A DNA stretch of 64,000 bases from Micavibrio sp. (GCA_040377425.1 JBEIOU010000013.1:7919-71918), one strand, 5' to 3'. Shown: positions 22,103 to 32,240, counted from the first letter of the stretch. Numbers and translations are program-made. The notes: a model not told the origin generated them from the letters alone.

Positions 22103-22127
22103 GCTTGAACCGGATCAATATAGCCGA

Positions 22128-22484
22128 TTACTCGGCAGCTTCTTCTTTGCCGGCTTTAGCGGCTTTTTCTTTTGCACGCTCGACAGCTTTTGCTTTGGGC
22201 TGGGATTTCTGCGTGCTGTTGCGCTGTGCGGGCACGGGCGCGAGGCCAGCTTTGCCAACGAAGATCGCAACGCGTTCGGTCATCTGCGCGCCGTTTTTGA
22301 TCCAATGGGTGATGCGCTCGCCGTTCAGCTTGATGCGGTCAGCATTTTCGCGGGGCAGCATCGGGTTGTAGGAGCCTACTTTTTCCAGGAAGCTACCATC
22401 GCGCGGGTTGCGGCTGTCCGCAACAACGATATGGTAGTAGGGCTTTTTCTTTGCGCCTGCGCGCGCGAGTCTGATTTTCAGCAT
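22128..22484 (-). CDS. rpsP: 30S ribosomal protein S16 (extended C-terminal tail)
   Basis: [30 protein letters not shown]. Confidence 0.93.
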   Translation of the reverse strand: MLKIRLARAGAKKKPYYHIVVADSRNPRDGSFLEKVGSYNPMLPRENADRIKLNGERITHWIKNGAQMTERVAIFVGKAGLAPVPAQRNSTQKSQPKAKAVERAKEKAAKAGKEEAAE

Positions 22485-22575
22485 TGGTTATCTCTCCAGT
22501 TTTTGATCCGGTTGCGTTGTTTGTGTCCCTGCGTGCGGTGCAACCATGTGCCGCGCGGGGGAATTCTTAAAAACC

Positions 22576-24057
22576 TTATTTCTTGTTCTTGCCGCCACCC
22601 AGAAGGTTGTTGCCTTTCAGGAAGTCGGGATTCTCAAACGGGTTGGGGCCCAGCTCGCCGCCCATCTGGTCTTGCATGTTCTTGGCCATTTCTTCGAATT
22701 CGGCCATCTGGCCGCCGCCGAACAGGCCGCCCATGTTGCGCATCATGCCTTTGCCGCCTAGTTTCTGCATGCGCTTCATCATGGTTTGCATTTCCTGAAA
22801 CTGTTTCAGCAGACGGTTTACGTCCTGCACCGTGGTGCCGCTGCCTGCGGCAATGCGGCGGCGGCGCGACGCGTTCAGCGTATCGGGTTTTTCGCGTTCT
22901 TTCAGCGTCATCGACAAGATAATCGCTTCCTGACGTTTGATGATGCTGTCATCGACGTTGGCGTTGTCCATCATGCCTTTCAGCTTGCCCATGCCGGGCA
23001 TAAAGCCCATCAGGCCCGAAAGACCGCCCATCTTTTTCATCTGGCGCAGCTGTGTCAGGAAATCGCCCAGATCGAATTTGCCCTGCGCCATTTTCTCGGC
23101 GACGCGTTTGGCTTCGTCGATTTCAATCGTCTCGACGGCTTTTTCAACCAGGCTGACAACGTCGCCCATATCAAGAATACGGCCGGCGATACGCTTGGCG
23201 TCGAACGCCTGCAGGGCATCCATGCCCTCGCCCATACCCAGAAACTTGATCGGCTTGCCCGTGATCGCACGCATGGACAGCGCCGCGCCGCCGCGTGCAT
23301 CACCATCTACGCGCGTCAGAACGATACCGGTAATGCCGATGCGTTCGTTGAAATTCTTGGCCGTGTTGACGGCGTCCTGTCCGGTCAGGCTGTCGGCGAC
23401 CAGCAGGGTTTCGACAGGCTTCGCCATATCGCGCACGGCGGCCAGTTCGTTCATCAGCGCATCGTCAATCGACAAACGGCCCGCGCTGTCGAGGATCAGG
23501 ATATCATATCCCTCCAGCTTCGCGGCCTTCAGCGCGCGCGCGGCGATGTCGAGGGGTTTTTCACCCGCAACAATCGGCAGGCTGCCGGCGTCGACTTTTT
23601 TCGCCAGAATTTCCAGCTGTTCCTGTGCCGCCGGACGGTAAATGTCGAGCGATGCCAGCAGGACTTTCTTGCGCTGTTTATCTTGCAGGAATTTTGCCAG
23701 TTTACCGGCGGTGGTCGTTTTACCCGAACCCTGCAAACCGGCCATCAGGATGACGGCGGGGGCGGGGACGTTCAGGTTGATCTCGCTATCGGCATGGCCG
23801 AGCGTGTCAATCAGTGCGTCGTGTACAATTTTCACGACCTGCTGGCCGGGTTTTACCGCGCGCAGGACTTTTTCGCCCACGGCTTCGGCTTTGACTTTTT
23901 CGACGAATTCTTTGGCGACAGGCAGGGCGACGTCGGCTTCCAGCAGGGCGACGCGTACCATGCGCAGCGCTTCGGCCACGTCTTCTTCACGCAGCACGCC
24001 GCGCTTCATCAGCCCGTCAAAAATACCGCCAAGGCGGCCTGTCAAACTGTCGAACAT
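22576..24057 (-). CDS. ffh: Signal recognition particle protein Ffh
   Basis: MFDSLTGRLGGIF, GLQGSGKTTT, DSAGR and a Met-rich M domain. The start is at the ATG at 24057. Confidence 0.93.
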   Translation of the reverse strand: MFDSLTGRLGGIFDGLMKRGVLREEDVAEALRMVRVALLEADVALPVAKEFVEKVKAEAVGEKVLRAVKPGQQVVKIVHDALIDTLGHADSEINLNVPAPAVILMAGLQGSGKTTTAGKLAKFLQDKQRKKVLLASLDIYRPAAQEQLEILAKKVDAGSLPIVAGEKPLDIAARALKAAKLEGYDILILDSAGRLSIDDALMNELAAVRDMAKPVETLLVADSLTGQDAVNTAKNFNERIGITGIVLTRVDGDARGGAALSMRAITGKPIKFLGMGEGMDALQAFDAKRIAGRILDMGDVVSLVEKAVETIEIDEAKRVAEKMAQGKFDLGDFLTQLRQMKKMGGLSGLMGFMPGMGKLKGMMDNANVDDSIIKRQEAIILSMTLKEREKPDTLNASRRRRIAAGSGTTVQDVNRLLKQFQEMQTMMKRMQKLGGKGMMRNMGGLFGGGQMAEFEEMAKNMQDQMGGELGPNPFENPDFLKGNNLLGGGKNKK

Positions 24058-24358
24058 CTTCTGTTCTCCAAACCAAAACTCATAACACTTTAGCCCCAGT
24101 GAGCGTAATTTCGCCGACTGGGGGACGCGGAGCGCTAAAACCTCATCCATGTGTGGATAACGGCTTGGCCGCAAAAACTTAGGGTTTTATAGCGGCGTTA
24201 TGGCGAAAGAGTCAAGATTTGCCGCCCTTTTATGTTCGATATTCCCATGCGGCAGGAGGGGGAGCGGCGAAGCGCGGTATTAATATACCACAATTTGTTG
24301 ACCTGTATGTCATATTTATGATAAAAAGACATGTAAAATCAAAAATAGGGAATCACCC

Positions 24359-25024
24359 ATGAGCCACGCCACGCGCCTGATTGATGCGGTCAAAATCGAC
24401 AATGACGTCGATGCGGCACGCCGTGCGCTGAAGGCGGGTGTGGATGCGAATACCAAGGCGGGCATGGATCGCGGTATGCTGTTTTTCGCCGCCGACAAGG
24501 GGAACCTTGAAATGGTGGACCTGCTGCTGGCACACAAAGCCGACCCCAACCATCTGGACGAAGAAGGCTTCGGCGCGCTCCATCAGGCGATCGCGGGCGG
24601 GCATTTTGATATTGCGGATAAGCTGATCGCTGCCGGTGCGCAGGTGAATGCCCGTGATGAATACGCCATGCTGGGGCTGACGCCGATGCATGTGGCGTTT
24701 AACGCTGACCTGCGCGAAGAACGCACCGACCGCGTGATTTTCATGCTGGAGCGGGGCGGTGATGTGAACATTGCCGACACATCCGGCCGCAACGTCATGG
24801 CCACGGGGCGCGAACGCGCGGGGCAATTCCCCTTCGCAGGTGAAATTCTGACGCATATGCGCGAATGGCAGCAAAACAAAGCCGCCGAAGCCGAAGCTGC
24901 TGAACTGGCCAGACAGCAGGCCGCCGACAACGCCATCCGCGACGCCGTGCATGGCGGTTTGACGTCCGATGTATCCGTGCCCAGCATGAACATCCGCCGC
25001 CGAAACGCATCACCGCGGCCTTGA
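24359..25024 (+). CDS. Ankyrin-repeat protein
   Basis: Repeats of the type FFAADKGNLEMVDLLLAHKADPN, ALHQAIAGGHFDIADKLIAAGAQVN and TPMHVAF.... Confidence 0.8.
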   Translation: MSHATRLIDAVKIDNDVDAARRALKAGVDANTKAGMDRGMLFFAADKGNLEMVDLLLAHKADPNHLDEEGFGALHQAIAGGHFDIADKLIAAGAQVNARDEYAMLGLTPMHVAFNADLREERTDRVIFMLERGGDVNIADTSGRNVMATGRERAGQFPFAGEILTHMREWQQNKAAEAEAAELARQQAADNAIRDAVHGGLTSDVSVPSMNIRRRNASPRP

Positions 25025-25150
25025 AATTTCAACGTCTATAAGTCGTCATGATATTGTCTCTTGCCACATCACGCCAAAGAGGTGCTGGCCAGTCGCGAAA
25101 TTCATGTCCTAAATGGTTTATCCAATTTTTTGGTTTTTGGAGTTTTTGAA

Positions 25151-25396
25151 ATGCCCGAGTATACGCGTGAAGAAGTAGTGCGTTTGATAAGGGCTTTCCT
25201 TGACGGGTCGTGCGGAGAGCGGGATTGGGATGATTTCACCTCTGTAAAACAAAAAAATACGGCCATAGAACAAGTAAGAATCCGGCTCATTCAGATACAT
25301 GATCTATTCCCGTCGCAGAATCCCCGTGAATATTGCAACGACCAAGGCGTGCAAGAAATGTTGGAGATCATTCGTGCGCTGGAAAAGGATATCTGA
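25151..25396 (+). CDS. Hypothetical small protein (81 aa) in an AT-rich patch
   Basis: A TGGAG RBS precedes the ATG at 25151. The sequence is MPEYTREEVVRLIRAFLDGSCGERDWDDF.... Base composition is clearly AT-richer than the neighbours. Confidence 0.5.
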   Translation: MPEYTREEVVRLIRAFLDGSCGERDWDDFTSVKQKNTAIEQVRIRLIQIHDLFPSQNPREYCNDQGVQEMLEIIRALEKDI

Positions 25397-25465
25397 TTAT
25401 TTTTATAGTAAGTGGCTTGTTTAATGGGGTTTAATCGCCGGTCCGCCTGTGCTAAACATGGGCGC

Positions 25466-26473
25466 ATGTGGTGGTATCCTGACCAGTTCGCACGCAAAGT
25501 GCCGTATTTAAAAGCCCGCGCCGAGATTTTGCAGCGCGTGCGCGATTTCATGACGTCGCGCGGATACCTTGAAGTCGACACGCCTGCGCTGCAAACGGCG
25601 CCGTGCATGGAGCCGCATATTCAGGCCTTCAAAACCGAACTGCAAAGTGCCGATGGCCAGTCGCGCCGCACGATGTACCTGCACACCAGCCCCGAATTCG
25701 CGATGAAAAAACTGCTGGTGGCGGGCCTGCCCAAAATTTTCCAGCTGGCGACGGTGTTTCGCAATGCCGAGGGATCGTCGTGGCACAGCCCCGAATTTTC
25801 CATGATTGAATGGTATCAGGCGGGCATGGATTATACCGCTATGATGGATGAAACGGCGGATCTGGTGCGCGCGGCGGCGGGGGCAGACCGGATGTTGACA
25901 GCAAACGGCCAGACGTGCGACCCGCACGCGCCGTGGGAAAAAATCACTGTGGTCGAGGCGCTGCGCAAATATGCGGATATTGATATCGAACAGAACCTGG
26001 GCGATCTAGGCCATATCCGCGCCGAAGCCAAACGCATCGGCGTATACACATCAATGCATGACGATTGGGAAAATGCACTGCTGAAGGTTTTGATGGATAA
26101 AGTCGAGCCAGTAATGGGCATGCGTGTCCCTACGGTTATTTACGACTACCCCGTATCCATGGCCGCACTGGCACGCCCCAAACCGGATGACGCCAGATTT
26201 GCCGAACGGTTCGAGGTTTATGTTTGCGGCATCGAACTTGCCAATGCCTTTGGCGAGCTGACAGATGCAAAGGTGCAGCGTGACCGTTTTGTGCATGACG
26301 TTGCGCAGCGTAAGGCGGTATATGGCGATGATTATCCGGTCGATGAAGATTTCCTGAAAGCGATCGAATACGGTTTGCCGATGTCGAGCGGCAATGCCCT
26401 CGGCCTTGACCGTCTGGTGATGCTGGTGACGGGCGCGGATGATATTGATCTGGTGCGCGCCGCACCTGTTTAA
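25466..26473 (+). CDS. epmA: Elongation factor P--(R)-beta-lysine ligase (LysRS class II paralogue, GenX/PoxA)
   Basis: It aligns along its length with E. coli EpmA as I recall it (LEVDTPAL, TSPEF.MKKLLVAG, FRN.E....H.PEF.M.EWY, AERFEVY..GIELANAF.ELTD, GLDRLVML). It has no anticodon-binding domain. Confidence 0.85.
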   Translation: MWWYPDQFARKVPYLKARAEILQRVRDFMTSRGYLEVDTPALQTAPCMEPHIQAFKTELQSADGQSRRTMYLHTSPEFAMKKLLVAGLPKIFQLATVFRNAEGSSWHSPEFSMIEWYQAGMDYTAMMDETADLVRAAAGADRMLTANGQTCDPHAPWEKITVVEALRKYADIDIEQNLGDLGHIRAEAKRIGVYTSMHDDWENALLKVLMDKVEPVMGMRVPTVIYDYPVSMAALARPKPDDARFAERFEVYVCGIELANAFGELTDAKVQRDRFVHDVAQRKAVYGDDYPVDEDFLKAIEYGLPMSSGNALGLDRLVMLVTGADDIDLVRAAPV

Positions 26474-26526
26474 TTTACGCGCGCCGCGTCTGTTTAAGAC
26501 AGCCAGCGCCTATCGCCCAAACAAAA

Positions 26527-26550
26527 AGCCCCGCAAATGAATGCGGGGCT
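26527..26550. terminator. Bidirectional rho-independent terminator (epmA / infC convergent)
   Basis: Stem AGCCCCGCA / TGCGGGGCT flanked by an A-run and a T-run. Confidence 0.8.
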
Positions 26551-26569
26551 TTTTGTTGTCTTGGGTTGA

Positions 26570-27112
26570 TTAGCTGGCTGTTTTTGCCGACATAATCATG
26601 ATGACCGTGTTGCCTTCGGCGCGAACGTCCATCTCAATCTTGCCCGCATCCAGCAGCTCTTCTTTGATACGGCGGATGATGGCATAACCGATTTCTTTGT
26701 GTTCGGCTTCGCGGCCGCGGAACTGCATGGTGAAGCGTACTTTGTCGCCATCTTCAAAGAAGCGGCGGGCTGAACGCAGTTTGACCTGAATATCATGCTC
26801 TTCGATATTCGGTCGCAGTTTCAGTTCTTTGGTCAGTACGATTTTCTGGTTCTTGCGCGCGGCGGCATCTTTTTTCTGCTGTTCATACCGGTATTTGCCG
26901 ATGTCGCCGATTTTGCAAACGGGCGGCTCGGCATTGGGCGAAATTTCGATCAGGTCCAGACCCAGTTCTTCGGCGGCTTGTACGGCTTCACGCACGGACA
27001 TAACGCCCACCATCTCGCCGTCTTCGTCAATAACGCGGACTTTGTCGGCGCGAATCTGGTTGTTGATGCGGGGGCCGTCTTGATGCGGCGTCGGTTTATG
27101 AAAGGTAGCGAT
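26570..27112 (-). CDS. infC: Translation initiation factor IF-3, probable non-AUG (AUC) start
   Basis: The conserved PRINNQIRADKVRVIDEDGE lies upstream of the first in-frame ATG. An in-frame ATC at 27112-27110 lies 8 nt after GGAG (27124-27121). Confidence 0.85.
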   Translation of the reverse strand: MATFHKPTPHQDGPRINNQIRADKVRVIDEDGEMVGVMSVREAVQAAEELGLDLIEISPNAEPPVCKIGDIGKYRYEQQKKDAAARKNQKIVLTKELKLRPNIEEHDIQVKLRSARRFFEDGDKVRFTMQFRGREAEHKEIGYAIIRRIKEELLDAGKIEMDVRAEGNTVIMIMSAKTAS

Positions 27113-27200
27113 GGGATATTCTCCGTTTGGTTGTCAAAAATAAAAGCTTTGGGCCGTCCCGTGTTTGGGCATGCGGATACGTGCGCTCGTGCGCAGGGTA

Positions 27201-29162
27201 TCAAACGGGGGGCTTTGAGTCATCCGCGATTTTACGAATAGCTTCGTCAAGTGCAAGCACTTCTTGGGCATCACTGCCCAAACGGCGGATAGCGACTTTT
27301 TGCTCCTCCGCCTCGCGTTTGCCGACAACCCAGATCTGGGGCGTCTTTTGCAGGCTATGTTCGCGGATTTTATAGTTAATTTTCTCGTTGCGGGTGTCGA
27401 TCTCGGCACGGATGCCGGCGGCTTTCAGCTGTTCGACGACGCGCTTTGCATAATCATCCGCATCCGAGGTAATCGTTGCCACCACGGCCTGAACCGGCGC
27501 CAGCCAGAGCGGGAAGCGGCCCGCATGGTGTTCGATCAGGATACCGATAAAGCGCTCGAGAGAGCCCAAGATCGCGCGGTGGAGCATCACGGGGCGGTGG
27601 CGCTGGCTGTCTTCGCCGATATAGCTGGCATCCAGACGCTCCGGCAGGTTGAAGTCCAGCTGTAGCGTACCGCATTGCCACGTACGGCCAATCGCGTCCG
27701 TCAGGTGGAATTCGACTTTGGGGCCATAGAACGCGCCTTCGCCGGGCAGTTCGTCGAACGGCAATCCGGCACCGTTCAGCGCCGCACGCAGGGCGTTTTC
27801 AGCGCGGTCCCAAACTTCGTCGCTGCCCAGGCGTTCGTTCGCGCCGGGGCGCAGCGCCAGCTTGACCGAGATTTTTTCAAAGCCAAGGTCGCGGTATACG
27901 CCCAGCTGTAGCTTGAAGTAATCAAGCGCTTCTTGCTCCACCTGATCTTCGCGGCAGAAAATATGGGCATCGTCCTGTGTGAACTGGCGCACGCGCATGA
28001 TGCCGTGCATCGCGCCCGATGGCTCGTTCCTGTGGCAGCAGCCGAATTCCGCCATGCGGATCGGCAGGTCGCGGTAGGATTTGAGGCCCTGATTAAAAAT
28101 CTGTACATGCGCGGGGCAGTTCATGGGTTTAATGCCCATCATTTTTTCGCCGTCGCCATGCGTGTCGCGGACTTTGAACATGTTGTCGCCGTACATGTCC
28201 CAGTGGCCGGACGCCTTGAACAGGGCGCTGTCGTACAGCTGCGGGGTTTTCACTTCCTGATAACCTGCGTGGCGGATACGGCTGCGGATGAAGTTTTCAA
28301 TCACGCGCCAGATCGTATAGCCCTTGTCGTGCCAGAACACGCTGCCCACGGCCTCTTCTTGCATGTGGAACAGATCCATTTCGCGGCCGATTTTGCGGTG
28401 GTCGCGTTTTTCGGCTTCTTCCAGCATCAGCAGGTAGGCGTCCAGTTCTTTCTGGTCGCGCCAAGCGGTTGCGTAAATACGTTGCAGCTGCGCATTGTTT
28501 GAATCACCGCGCCAGTACGCGCCGGCGACTTTCATCAGTTTGAACGCCGTGCCGACATGGCCGGTCGATGGCAGGTGGGGACCGCGGCACAGGTCGTACC
28601 ATTTGCCCTGGCGGTAAATGCTGATTTCTTCGGTGGTCGGCAGATCGCGGATCAGCTCGGCTTTGTATTTCTCGCCGATACCCTCGAAGTGCTTCATCGC
28701 GTCGTCGCGGTTCCAGACTTCGCGGATGAAGTTTTCGTTGCGGGCGACGATCTCGCGCATTTTGGCTTCGATCTTGGGGAAATCTTCGGTCGTGAAAGGC
28801 TCCGCACGGGCGAAGTCATAATAAAAGCCGTTGTCGATCGCGGGGCCGATGGTGACCTGCGTACCCGGAAACAGTTCTTGCACGGCTTCGGCCATCACAT
28901 GCGATGCGTCGTGGCGGATGAGTTCGAGCACTTCGTCGGATTTACGGGTGATGATGGCGATCTTCGCGCTTTTGGTGATGGCGCGGTTCAGGTCGAAAAT
29001 TTCATCATCCAGCTTCACGGCCAGCGCGGCCTTGGCCAGCCCTGCGCCAATGGACGCCGCGACGTCGGCGCCCGTGACAGGCGCGGTGAAGGTCAGTACC
29101 TTCCCATCGGGGAGGGTTAGCTGAATATCCTTCTGGTTTGCGTCCTGCGGTGCCGATTTCAT
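27201..29162 (-). CDS. thrS: Threonyl-tRNA synthetase
   Basis: TGS and editing domains are present, with class II motifs ([33 protein letters not shown]). The product is 653 aa. Confidence 0.93.
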   Translation of the reverse strand: MKSAPQDANQKDIQLTLPDGKVLTFTAPVTGADVAASIGAGLAKAALAVKLDDEIFDLNRAITKSAKIAIITRKSDEVLELIRHDASHVMAEAVQELFPGTQVTIGPAIDNGFYYDFARAEPFTTEDFPKIEAKMREIVARNENFIREVWNRDDAMKHFEGIGEKYKAELIRDLPTTEEISIYRQGKWYDLCRGPHLPSTGHVGTAFKLMKVAGAYWRGDSNNAQLQRIYATAWRDQKELDAYLLMLEEAEKRDHRKIGREMDLFHMQEEAVGSVFWHDKGYTIWRVIENFIRSRIRHAGYQEVKTPQLYDSALFKASGHWDMYGDNMFKVRDTHGDGEKMMGIKPMNCPAHVQIFNQGLKSYRDLPIRMAEFGCCHRNEPSGAMHGIMRVRQFTQDDAHIFCREDQVEQEALDYFKLQLGVYRDLGFEKISVKLALRPGANERLGSDEVWDRAENALRAALNGAGLPFDELPGEGAFYGPKVEFHLTDAIGRTWQCGTLQLDFNLPERLDASYIGEDSQRHRPVMLHRAILGSLERFIGILIEHHAGRFPLWLAPVQAVVATITSDADDYAKRVVEQLKAAGIRAEIDTRNEKINYKIREHSLQKTPQIWVVGKREAEEQKVAIRRLGSDAQEVLALDEAIRKIADDSKPPV

Positions 29163-29358
29163 CTCAAGAATCCGTTGTTAAGGGGTTAAAAAACAAGGTT
29201 ATAATCTCCGCCTGCGGGGCGCGGCTGTCAAGCGGTTTCCCCGCGATTTTGCTGGAAATCCGGCGTTTTTGAGAGTAAAAGCAATGCCATGCTGCAACCT
29301 TGCGCGTTTTTGCGTATTTTTTGCCGCCTTGCGATGTTGACAACGGGAAAGCCGAAAA

Positions 29359-30615
29359 ATGATCAAAACATGGGATAGCGCAAGCCTGACCTTCCGCCGC
29401 TTTGTCGAGCAGAACCATGCGCCCGTTATTTTGCAAGTTCTGCCCGCGCTTAATTCCGGCGGTGTCGAACAGGGCGTGATCGATATCAACGCCGCGATTG
29501 TGCGTGCGGGCGGTAAATCGATTGTCGTGTCGTCGGGCGGTTTGCGCGTGCATGAAATCGCCAAGGCGGGCGGCACCCATATCGAAATGCCTGTGCATAG
29601 CAAAAACCCGTTAGTGATGGCCGCCAACATCGGTCGCCTGCGCCGCCCGATCCGTGACATGAATGTGGATGTTGTCCACGCCTGCAGCCGCGCCCCCGCA
29701 TGGAGCGCCGGCCGCGCCGTCGAAGGTACCAAGGCAAGATACGTCACCAGCTGCCACGCCGCGCATAAAATCGGCGGCATGTTCAAGCGTGCGTATAACG
29801 CATCGATTGCAGCAGGGGAGCGCGTGATCGCCGTATCGCATTTTCTGGCGGATTATCTGGAACAGAATTACAAAGTCGATCCGAATGTGCTGCGCGTTAT
29901 TCACCGCGGGGTCGCGGTTGAAAAATTCCATCCCAATTCTGTCACGCCGGATCGTTTGATCAAGGTATCCAACCAGATGCGCATCCCCGAGGGCGCGGCG
30001 GTTGTGATGCTGCCCGCGCGTATCAGCCGTATCAAGGGGCATATGTTTTTGCTGGATGCTATCGCGGCGCTGGGCAAAAAAGATTTGTTCTGCTTGTTCC
30101 TTGGCTCTGACATCGGCAACGAAACGTACCGCAAAGAGCTGGAAGATTATATCGAAAGCAAGGGGCTTGCTGCATCGTCGCGCATTATTACCAACTGCGA
30201 TGACATGCCCGCGGCTTATATGATTTCGACGGTGGTTGTGTGCCCCTCGCTGGTGCCCGAAGGTTTTGGCCGTGTGCCGATCGAGGCGCAGGCCATGGGC
30301 CGCCCCGTGATTGCCACCGATCACGGTGGTACGCGCGAAACGATTATACGTGACGAAACCGGCTGGCTGGTGACGCCTGGCGATGTCGATGCCCTGACGC
30401 GTGCGCTGCACGAAGCCATCAGTCTGGATGCACGCGGCCGTGCCATGTTGGCCACGCGCGGCATGGCGCATGTGGCGCAGCATTTCACGAATGAACAGAT
30501 GTGCGAGGGTACGCTGGATGTTTATGCCGAACTGCTCGGCACCGCCGGCGCCGTGAAGGCGTTGCCGTCCAATGACAGCTTCAGCGCGTCCGAAGCTGAC
30601 CGCGCGGCCGGTTAA
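29359..30615 (+). CDS. Glycosyltransferase family 4 (GT-B, group 1)
   Basis: SGGVEQGV at the N-terminus and EGFGRVPIEAQAMGRPVIATDHGGTRE (EX7E-type motif). Confidence 0.8.
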   Translation: MIKTWDSASLTFRRFVEQNHAPVILQVLPALNSGGVEQGVIDINAAIVRAGGKSIVVSSGGLRVHEIAKAGGTHIEMPVHSKNPLVMAANIGRLRRPIRDMNVDVVHACSRAPAWSAGRAVEGTKARYVTSCHAAHKIGGMFKRAYNASIAAGERVIAVSHFLADYLEQNYKVDPNVLRVIHRGVAVEKFHPNSVTPDRLIKVSNQMRIPEGAAVVMLPARISRIKGHMFLLDAIAALGKKDLFCLFLGSDIGNETYRKELEDYIESKGLAASSRIITNCDDMPAAYMISTVVVCPSLVPEGFGRVPIEAQAMGRPVIATDHGGTRETIIRDETGWLVTPGDVDALTRALHEAISLDARGRAMLATRGMAHVAQHFTNEQMCEGTLDVYAELLGTAGAVKALPSNDSFSASEADRAAG

Positions 30616-30620
30616 GCGCT

Positions 30621-31610
30621 ATGCCCGGCACGCCGCAACATACCGCCGGTACGCCAAAAAAGGTATTGGTCATCAAGCTGAGCGCGCTGGGTGATGTCCT
30701 GATCGCCTTGGGCGCCATGGCCGCGATCCGCCGCCACCACGGCGATGCGCATATCACGTTTTTAACCACGCGCCCCTTTGCCGACATGGCGCAGCGCAGC
30801 GGGTATTTCAATACCGTCGAAGTCATCACGCGTGCGCGGTTTTTTGAACTGGGTACCTGGCTGCGGCTATCGAAATTTCTGAACGCGGGAAAATTCGATA
30901 TTGTCTATGACCTGCAAATGAATGGCCGCAGCGGGTTATATTACAGGCTGATGCGCAAAAAACCCCTTTGGTCGGGTGTTGTCGCGGGGGCATCGCATAA
31001 CTATGCGATAGAAAATCCTGATTGGCGCCAAATGCACGCGTTTGAGCGTCACAAAGTCATGCTGGCGCAGCATGGTATCGACATTGCGCTGCCCGATATA
31101 AACTGGATGCGCACCGATGTGTCGCTATTATTGCCGCCATCGCCCTATGTCTTGATGATGCCGGGCTGTGCGCCGCAGCACCTTTATAAACGCTGGCCTG
31201 CCGCCAAATTTGCCGCCATCGCCCTGAAGCTGCAGCGGCAAGGGTATCATGTTGCGCTGATCGGTACAGCGGCGGAACATGATGCGATCAGCAAAATAAA
31301 ATCCGTTGCGCCTGAATGTTTTGACCTGTCGGGCCGCACCTCGCTGTATGATATTGCAACGCTGGCCATGGGCGCGGCGGGGGCGGTCGGCAACGATACG
31401 GGCCCGTCGCATCTGGTGGCGCTGGCGGGCTGTCCTGTTGTGGCACTGTTTTCGGGCGTGACCGATCCTGCGCTATCCGCGCCAATCGGCGATGCGGTCA
31501 CGGTTATTCAGGCCGAAGACATCGCTGATATCACTGTCGATGACGTCATGAAAGCGCTGCGCCTGCGCGACGACAAAGCGGATCGGATCAAAACAGGAGC
31601 AGAGGCATGA
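30621..31610 (+). CDS. ADP-heptose:LPS heptosyltransferase family (GT9)
   Basis: KVLVIKLSALGDVLIALGAMAAIRRHH and VGNDTGPSHL motifs. Confidence 0.8.
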   Translation: MPGTPQHTAGTPKKVLVIKLSALGDVLIALGAMAAIRRHHGDAHITFLTTRPFADMAQRSGYFNTVEVITRARFFELGTWLRLSKFLNAGKFDIVYDLQMNGRSGLYYRLMRKKPLWSGVVAGASHNYAIENPDWRQMHAFERHKVMLAQHGIDIALPDINWMRTDVSLLLPPSPYVLMMPGCAPQHLYKRWPAAKFAAIALKLQRQGYHVALIGTAAEHDAISKIKSVAPECFDLSGRTSLYDIATLAMGAAGAVGNDTGPSHLVALAGCPVVALFSGVTDPALSAPIGDAVTVIQAEDIADITVDDVMKALRLRDDKADRIKTGAEA

Positions 31611-31873
31611 CGGGGCGGCACCGCCATTTTCTGGATGCCAGCGGCCTTGTCTGCCCGCTGCCTGTTTTACGGGCGCGAAAAGTGTTGCAACACCTGCCTG
31701 AAGGGGCGATGCTGTACATCACGGTGACCGATGAAAAAGCGCCCCGCGATTTCGAGGCTTTCTGCCGCGACGCAGGGCACAAAATCGAAAGCGTCACCCC
31801 GACCACAGACGGAATTGAAATTATTGTTTTACGCGGGCCGAAGCCTGCGGAAGAAAGCGAGATTGCGCGATGA
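31607..31873 (+). CDS. TusA/SirA-family sulfur-carrier-like protein
   Basis: LDASGLVCPLPVLRARK (CPxP motif). The product is 88 aa. It has an ATGA overlap with the upstream gene. Confidence 0.75.
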   Translation: MTGRHRHFLDASGLVCPLPVLRARKVLQHLPEGAMLYITVTDEKAPRDFEAFCRDAGHKIESVTPTTDGIEIIVLRGPKPAEESEIAR

Positions 31874-32175
31874 AAAAAAGCATTATGTTGCTGGCGGCGG
31901 CGGGCATTTTTATGCTGGCAGGCACAAATACCGCCAAGGCCGAAGTCACCAAGCAAACCGCAACCCAGTACATGCGCAGTCAGGCGGGCAATAATACAAA
32001 GCGCTCGTTCGAGATTGATCTGAAAAAAATCGCTCCCAAAGATGCGACATCGCAGCGTATGGCGGGTAATGCGCAGCGCAAACTGAAAAAAGGCGTCGGC
32101 AAGAACAATCGCAAGATTCAGGGCCGCAAGCGCGTATCGCGCGATCAGAAAAACTTCGGCAATCTGAACCGCTGA
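31870..32175 (+). CDS. Hypothetical small basic secreted protein
   Basis: Signal peptide MKKSIMLLAAAGIFMLAGTNTAKA. It has an ATGA overlap with the TusA-like gene. Confidence 0.55.
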   Translation: MKKSIMLLAAAGIFMLAGTNTAKAEVTKQTATQYMRSQAGNNTKRSFEIDLKKIAPKDATSQRMAGNAQRKLKKGVGKNNRKIQGRKRVSRDQKNFGNLNR

Positions 32176-32194
32176 TTTTTTTCGCTCAGCAAAA

Positions 32195-32218
32195 AGCCGG
32201 TACAGCGATGTACCGGCT
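32195..32218. terminator. Bidirectional rho-independent terminator
   Basis: Stem AGCCGGTACA / TGTACCGGCT with loop GCGA, flanked by an A-run and a T-run. Confidence 0.8.
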
Positions 32219-32240
32219 TTTGTGTTTTGCAGGTTTTCGC

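Noticed and set aside
22786-24093. 435-aa ORF on the plus strand
   Set aside because: It is antisense to ffh, a shadow ORF.
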